Shown here: one piece after another, positions 60,901-64,000 of the stretch
Position numbering within the stretch: position 1 is the first letter of the stretch
Layout of the letters: each line of letters starts with the position of its first letter
NCBI GenBank assembly: GCA_040954595.2
Contig: CM082577.2
Span: 4,700,301-4,764,300 of the forward strand
Source of the DNA: Balanoglossus misakiensis
Lineage: Eukaryota > Animalia > Hemichordata
Length of the DNA stretch: 64,000 nt
Reading direction: 5' to 3'
Program-made: the position numbers and the translations under genes
Notes under the pieces: generated by a model
The model's database searches: none
The model's input: the letters and a program-made list of their open reading frames with translations, nothing else
Told to the model about the DNA's origin: nothing

Positions 60901-63900
60901 TCGTGTTTAGGAATTAGACTTCTGCCGACCACATCCGTTTCTATTCCTGGAAGGAAATTAAACAAAACTGTCAGTTACTTAGTTTATATTCAGTTGCCAT
61001 GGTTTTCGTGGTTTGTAACTGATTGGTTGGCTTACCTTTAGAGTAATATCCATCGGGACTTAAATATAATATACACGAGAGAATATCAGAAATCATAATG
61101 GAAGGTAGATTGAAATTTTACAGTTGAACGTTCTCATTTGCGATAGCTTTCAATTTTCTTCAAATGTACGGAGTATGTCTTAAATCACAGGGGAACAAGA
61201 ATCAAAAATACATAAAAATCAGGTTTTTGATGTTGATGAATTATTCTTTGGCAAGTGAGGCTATCCGAGCGGTACTGGGGAGAAGGGATATGAATAACGA
61301 GCAGAAAGGGTGTAGGCCTTCATAAGCTTAAAATTAATTATGTGGGTAGATCAGAAAATCAGATGATCCATAGGTTCGTACTTAAACCCAGAAAGTGTTT
61401 CACCGGTTTGGGCAGACTAAGATAAATTTTTTGAAAATAAAACAATTTGCTAGCAATTTTGTATGAACACTTGAGCGGACTGAGGGCGAAATGACACAAG
61501 AATATATGTTTGTGTCTGATGCGGGTGGTTCTAAGAATTCGCACTCTGCTGACAAAAAAAGCAACTGTTTCTGATGCCCACGCCAAAGTCCCCCGTATCT
61601 GAGAAACCCGTCTCCAGTTTATAATATTAAAGTTCCCAACCTATCACAGACTCCTCAAACTCCTCGCAATGTCCCTCGATAGTGGAAGACCCGTGACGCT
61701 TGCGGACTCTTCTCAAGATCACGAAACCGAGCACCGATATTAACAAAAGACAAACGACGACACCGACACCGATGAGCGCCGTAAAACTAGGCGCATTTTC
61801 CGTGTCTGGAGTCGATGAAGACGGGGTGCTTCCGCTATGCCATCCTGCTGTGAATGGATGAATGAAAGAAAGATTGCCATCCCCTATCCGTCAACACATT
61901 GCATCATTTTATATCAATCAAATATCTATTACAGTTTTAAATCTCTGTCATAATTCATACTTATTTTCCTGCGGTCTCACGTGATTTGTATGAAAACGAG
62001 GCGGTGAAGACCATTGTTTACCTTTCTGTTTGCAAGCAAATTCTTCGCACACTTTTGAAAGGTTTGTAGAACTATCATTTATGTGGAAATCTTCCCCCGG
62101 GGAATGTACTTTTCCAACACCCACATAAAGCAAGCCGTTTGCGAAATTCTGAAACTGTCAATGCGCCAACTGTGGTGTAAGAAGGACACACTGTGTTTCA
62201 AATGTCACGTTGTAGCCCTCCATGCTTACCTTGGGTTGTACTAGCGGCGTGTGTCTCAACAACAATGGTTGTAGCTGGCACAAGGGGTTCGAGTATCAAC
62301 TCCAGCTGAGCCGGCGGTCCCAGTCGAGTTTGGTTGTAAACATCACTGATAACAGGTACCACCTAAAAAGACGAAAGGCGTTGAAATTGTGAACGCAAGT
62401 GGGGTAAAAGTTATGGTCTGCTCCACAGTCAACGAGTCACCTTACATATTACAGCGATTATCGAGGCGACGGCGCAGATACCCCAATCTGCAGTAACACC
62501 GGGAGCAATTTACGCGACGCAATTAAACAGTCATAATTTTTATGAAACTGAAATGGATTTGACACTTACCACGATCTGATATTTATCATACATGACTAAA
62601 TTGGGTAGGCGTTGTTGAACAAATGCCCCTTGATCTGTTGAAAGCTATTGATAAAGAGGAAAAGATTGTGACGTATTAACGCGATAATGGAAAGTACATG
62701 GTTCAAATTATTATGCGGTTAACGGTGCAATATCATCTTACTCTTGGATTTTAATCACGCGCATTGCAATTTCAAACGAATAAATTTAATACAAGACCGC
62801 GAACAAGAGCAGATATACCTAGAGCTATATACATACTATAGTTATAAACTTACCGGTGTTTCCACGCTGTAGTAAATGGTTGAGTTGTCGATGAGGTTGT
62901 TGAAGATGACGTAGTATTCCTCTACGATGACGTCATGTTGCACGGGACACAGCCAGGAGAGGGTCACCGCCGCTGTCACGTTGTCCTTGTTGTTGATAAC
63001 ACTGTCCACACTGAGGTTGTTTGGCGGTTCAGTGAGGGCATTGCCTGGGCATTGATAAAATTAACACAAAAATAGTCTGAGACACCTGGCGAATTGGTCA
63101 GTTGCGCGTTTTTTTCGCTCGGTCTCATTTCGCGTACATGGCGCATCCTTATATCCTTAGAAAGGGTTAATGCTTTTTGCACTTCGTATTCTAGGCTTAA
63201 AACACCAGTGTTAGACGATATCAGTACCAGAAGATTCACCAAAACGTTCATTGAGTGTTTAGTGTGTCCGTCAGCCAAACCGTTAGATTCACGTTACAAA
63301 TTATTTGCATGTATAATTATAACTAGACAAGTTTAAATGAACTTACAGGATTTTGTGCAGACTTCGCCGGAATAAAATGTACTATTGCAACCTGAAAATG
63401 GTAGTATGGAACTAACGTTATTACTGGGTTTTAGTGGTAACATCTCTCCGCCCCCCCCCCCCCCATATAAAAAGCCGCCCAGTCACGCGAGATCTCACAG
63501 AGTCTCGTGGAGTCCGGAAAATGGTCTATTAGGTCAATTACGACTGGTGACTCAACGCTTTCTTATTTTTACTGTACTGCAGCAAAATGGGCAGTTCGGA
63601 TAAATTATACTCACTCGGGGATATTTCTTCTTTGCATGTTTCCCACTGGTCAACTTCGCCGTAGTACTGTAACCCAATCTTCAAAATTCGAACAAATGAC
63701 CTGGTTACTTACATGCATACATATTGGCAGTAATTACATTGTACGCGATTAAGGGTACATCTTAATTTATTTACTGGGCCAACCTGGTTCGTCAATGTGA
63801 ATTTATCAAGTAAAATCTCGATTCGAGTTTTCCAACAAAATGGTGAAAACGAAAACAATACACAAGTATCGGTACCCGAGGGTTTTCTCATCATAAACCC

Positions 63901-63980
63901 CGCGTGGCCAGTTCATTTCAACGTGAATGAAGGAAGCGACTTACCCGTACATAGTATTTGGTTCCAAACAGCACGTCTTT
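57936..63980 (-). CDS. Receptor tyrosine kinase with FN3 ectodomain (RET/FGFR/Tie-like kinase domain), 5'-partial
   Basis: FN3 exon ~63045-62854 ([18 protein letters not shown]). TM exon ~61847-61641 ([27 protein letters not shown]). Kinase motifs [54 protein letters not shown]|[22 protein letters not shown]. Last exon 58121-57936 is acidic. The gene continues beyond the window. Confidence 0.92.
59718..59769. repeat. Dispersed ~50-bp repeat, second copy at ~63481-63531
   Basis: AGTCACGCGAGATCTCgCAGgGTCTCGTGGAGTtCGGAAAATGGcCTATTA against AGTCACGCGAGATCTCaCAGaGTCTCGTGGAGTcCGGAAAATGGtCTATTA. Both lie in RTK introns and are probably transposon-end remnants. Confidence 0.75.
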
Positions 63981-64000
63981 GAAAACAGCAAAATCGGATT

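Overview
Eukaryotic (metazoan) genomic DNA, gene-dense with GT-AG introns. The gene content suggests an invertebrate deuterostome (inference). I spliced nine protein-coding loci by hand: (1) a secreted astacin metalloprotease with four kringles (+); (2) a PH-START lipid-transfer protein (+); (3) a type I membrane protein SP-[Gla-like-TSP1]-[Gla-like-TSP1x5]-LamG-LamG-Ig-TM (-); (4) an MPPE1-like metallophosphoesterase (-), head-to-head with (5) TTC26/IFT56 (+); (6) a 75-aa Cys-rich single-pass microprotein (-); (7) a DUF4062-NACHT-TPR STAND protein (+); (8) an intronless antisense ELOVL6-like elongase nested in the ~9-kb intron of gene 7 and bracketed by CTCF motifs; (9) the 3' part of an FN3 receptor tyrosine kinase with a non-RD catalytic loop (-). 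The window also holds microsatellites, two tandem repeats, two MITE families and two long inverted repeats. The most striking observation is the pair of glutamate-depleted Gla-fold modules in gene 3. They keep the Cys/aromatic pattern and the intron position of vertebrate vitamin-K-dependent proteins. Exon boundaries were read by eye and all domain calls come from motif recognition, not database searches.
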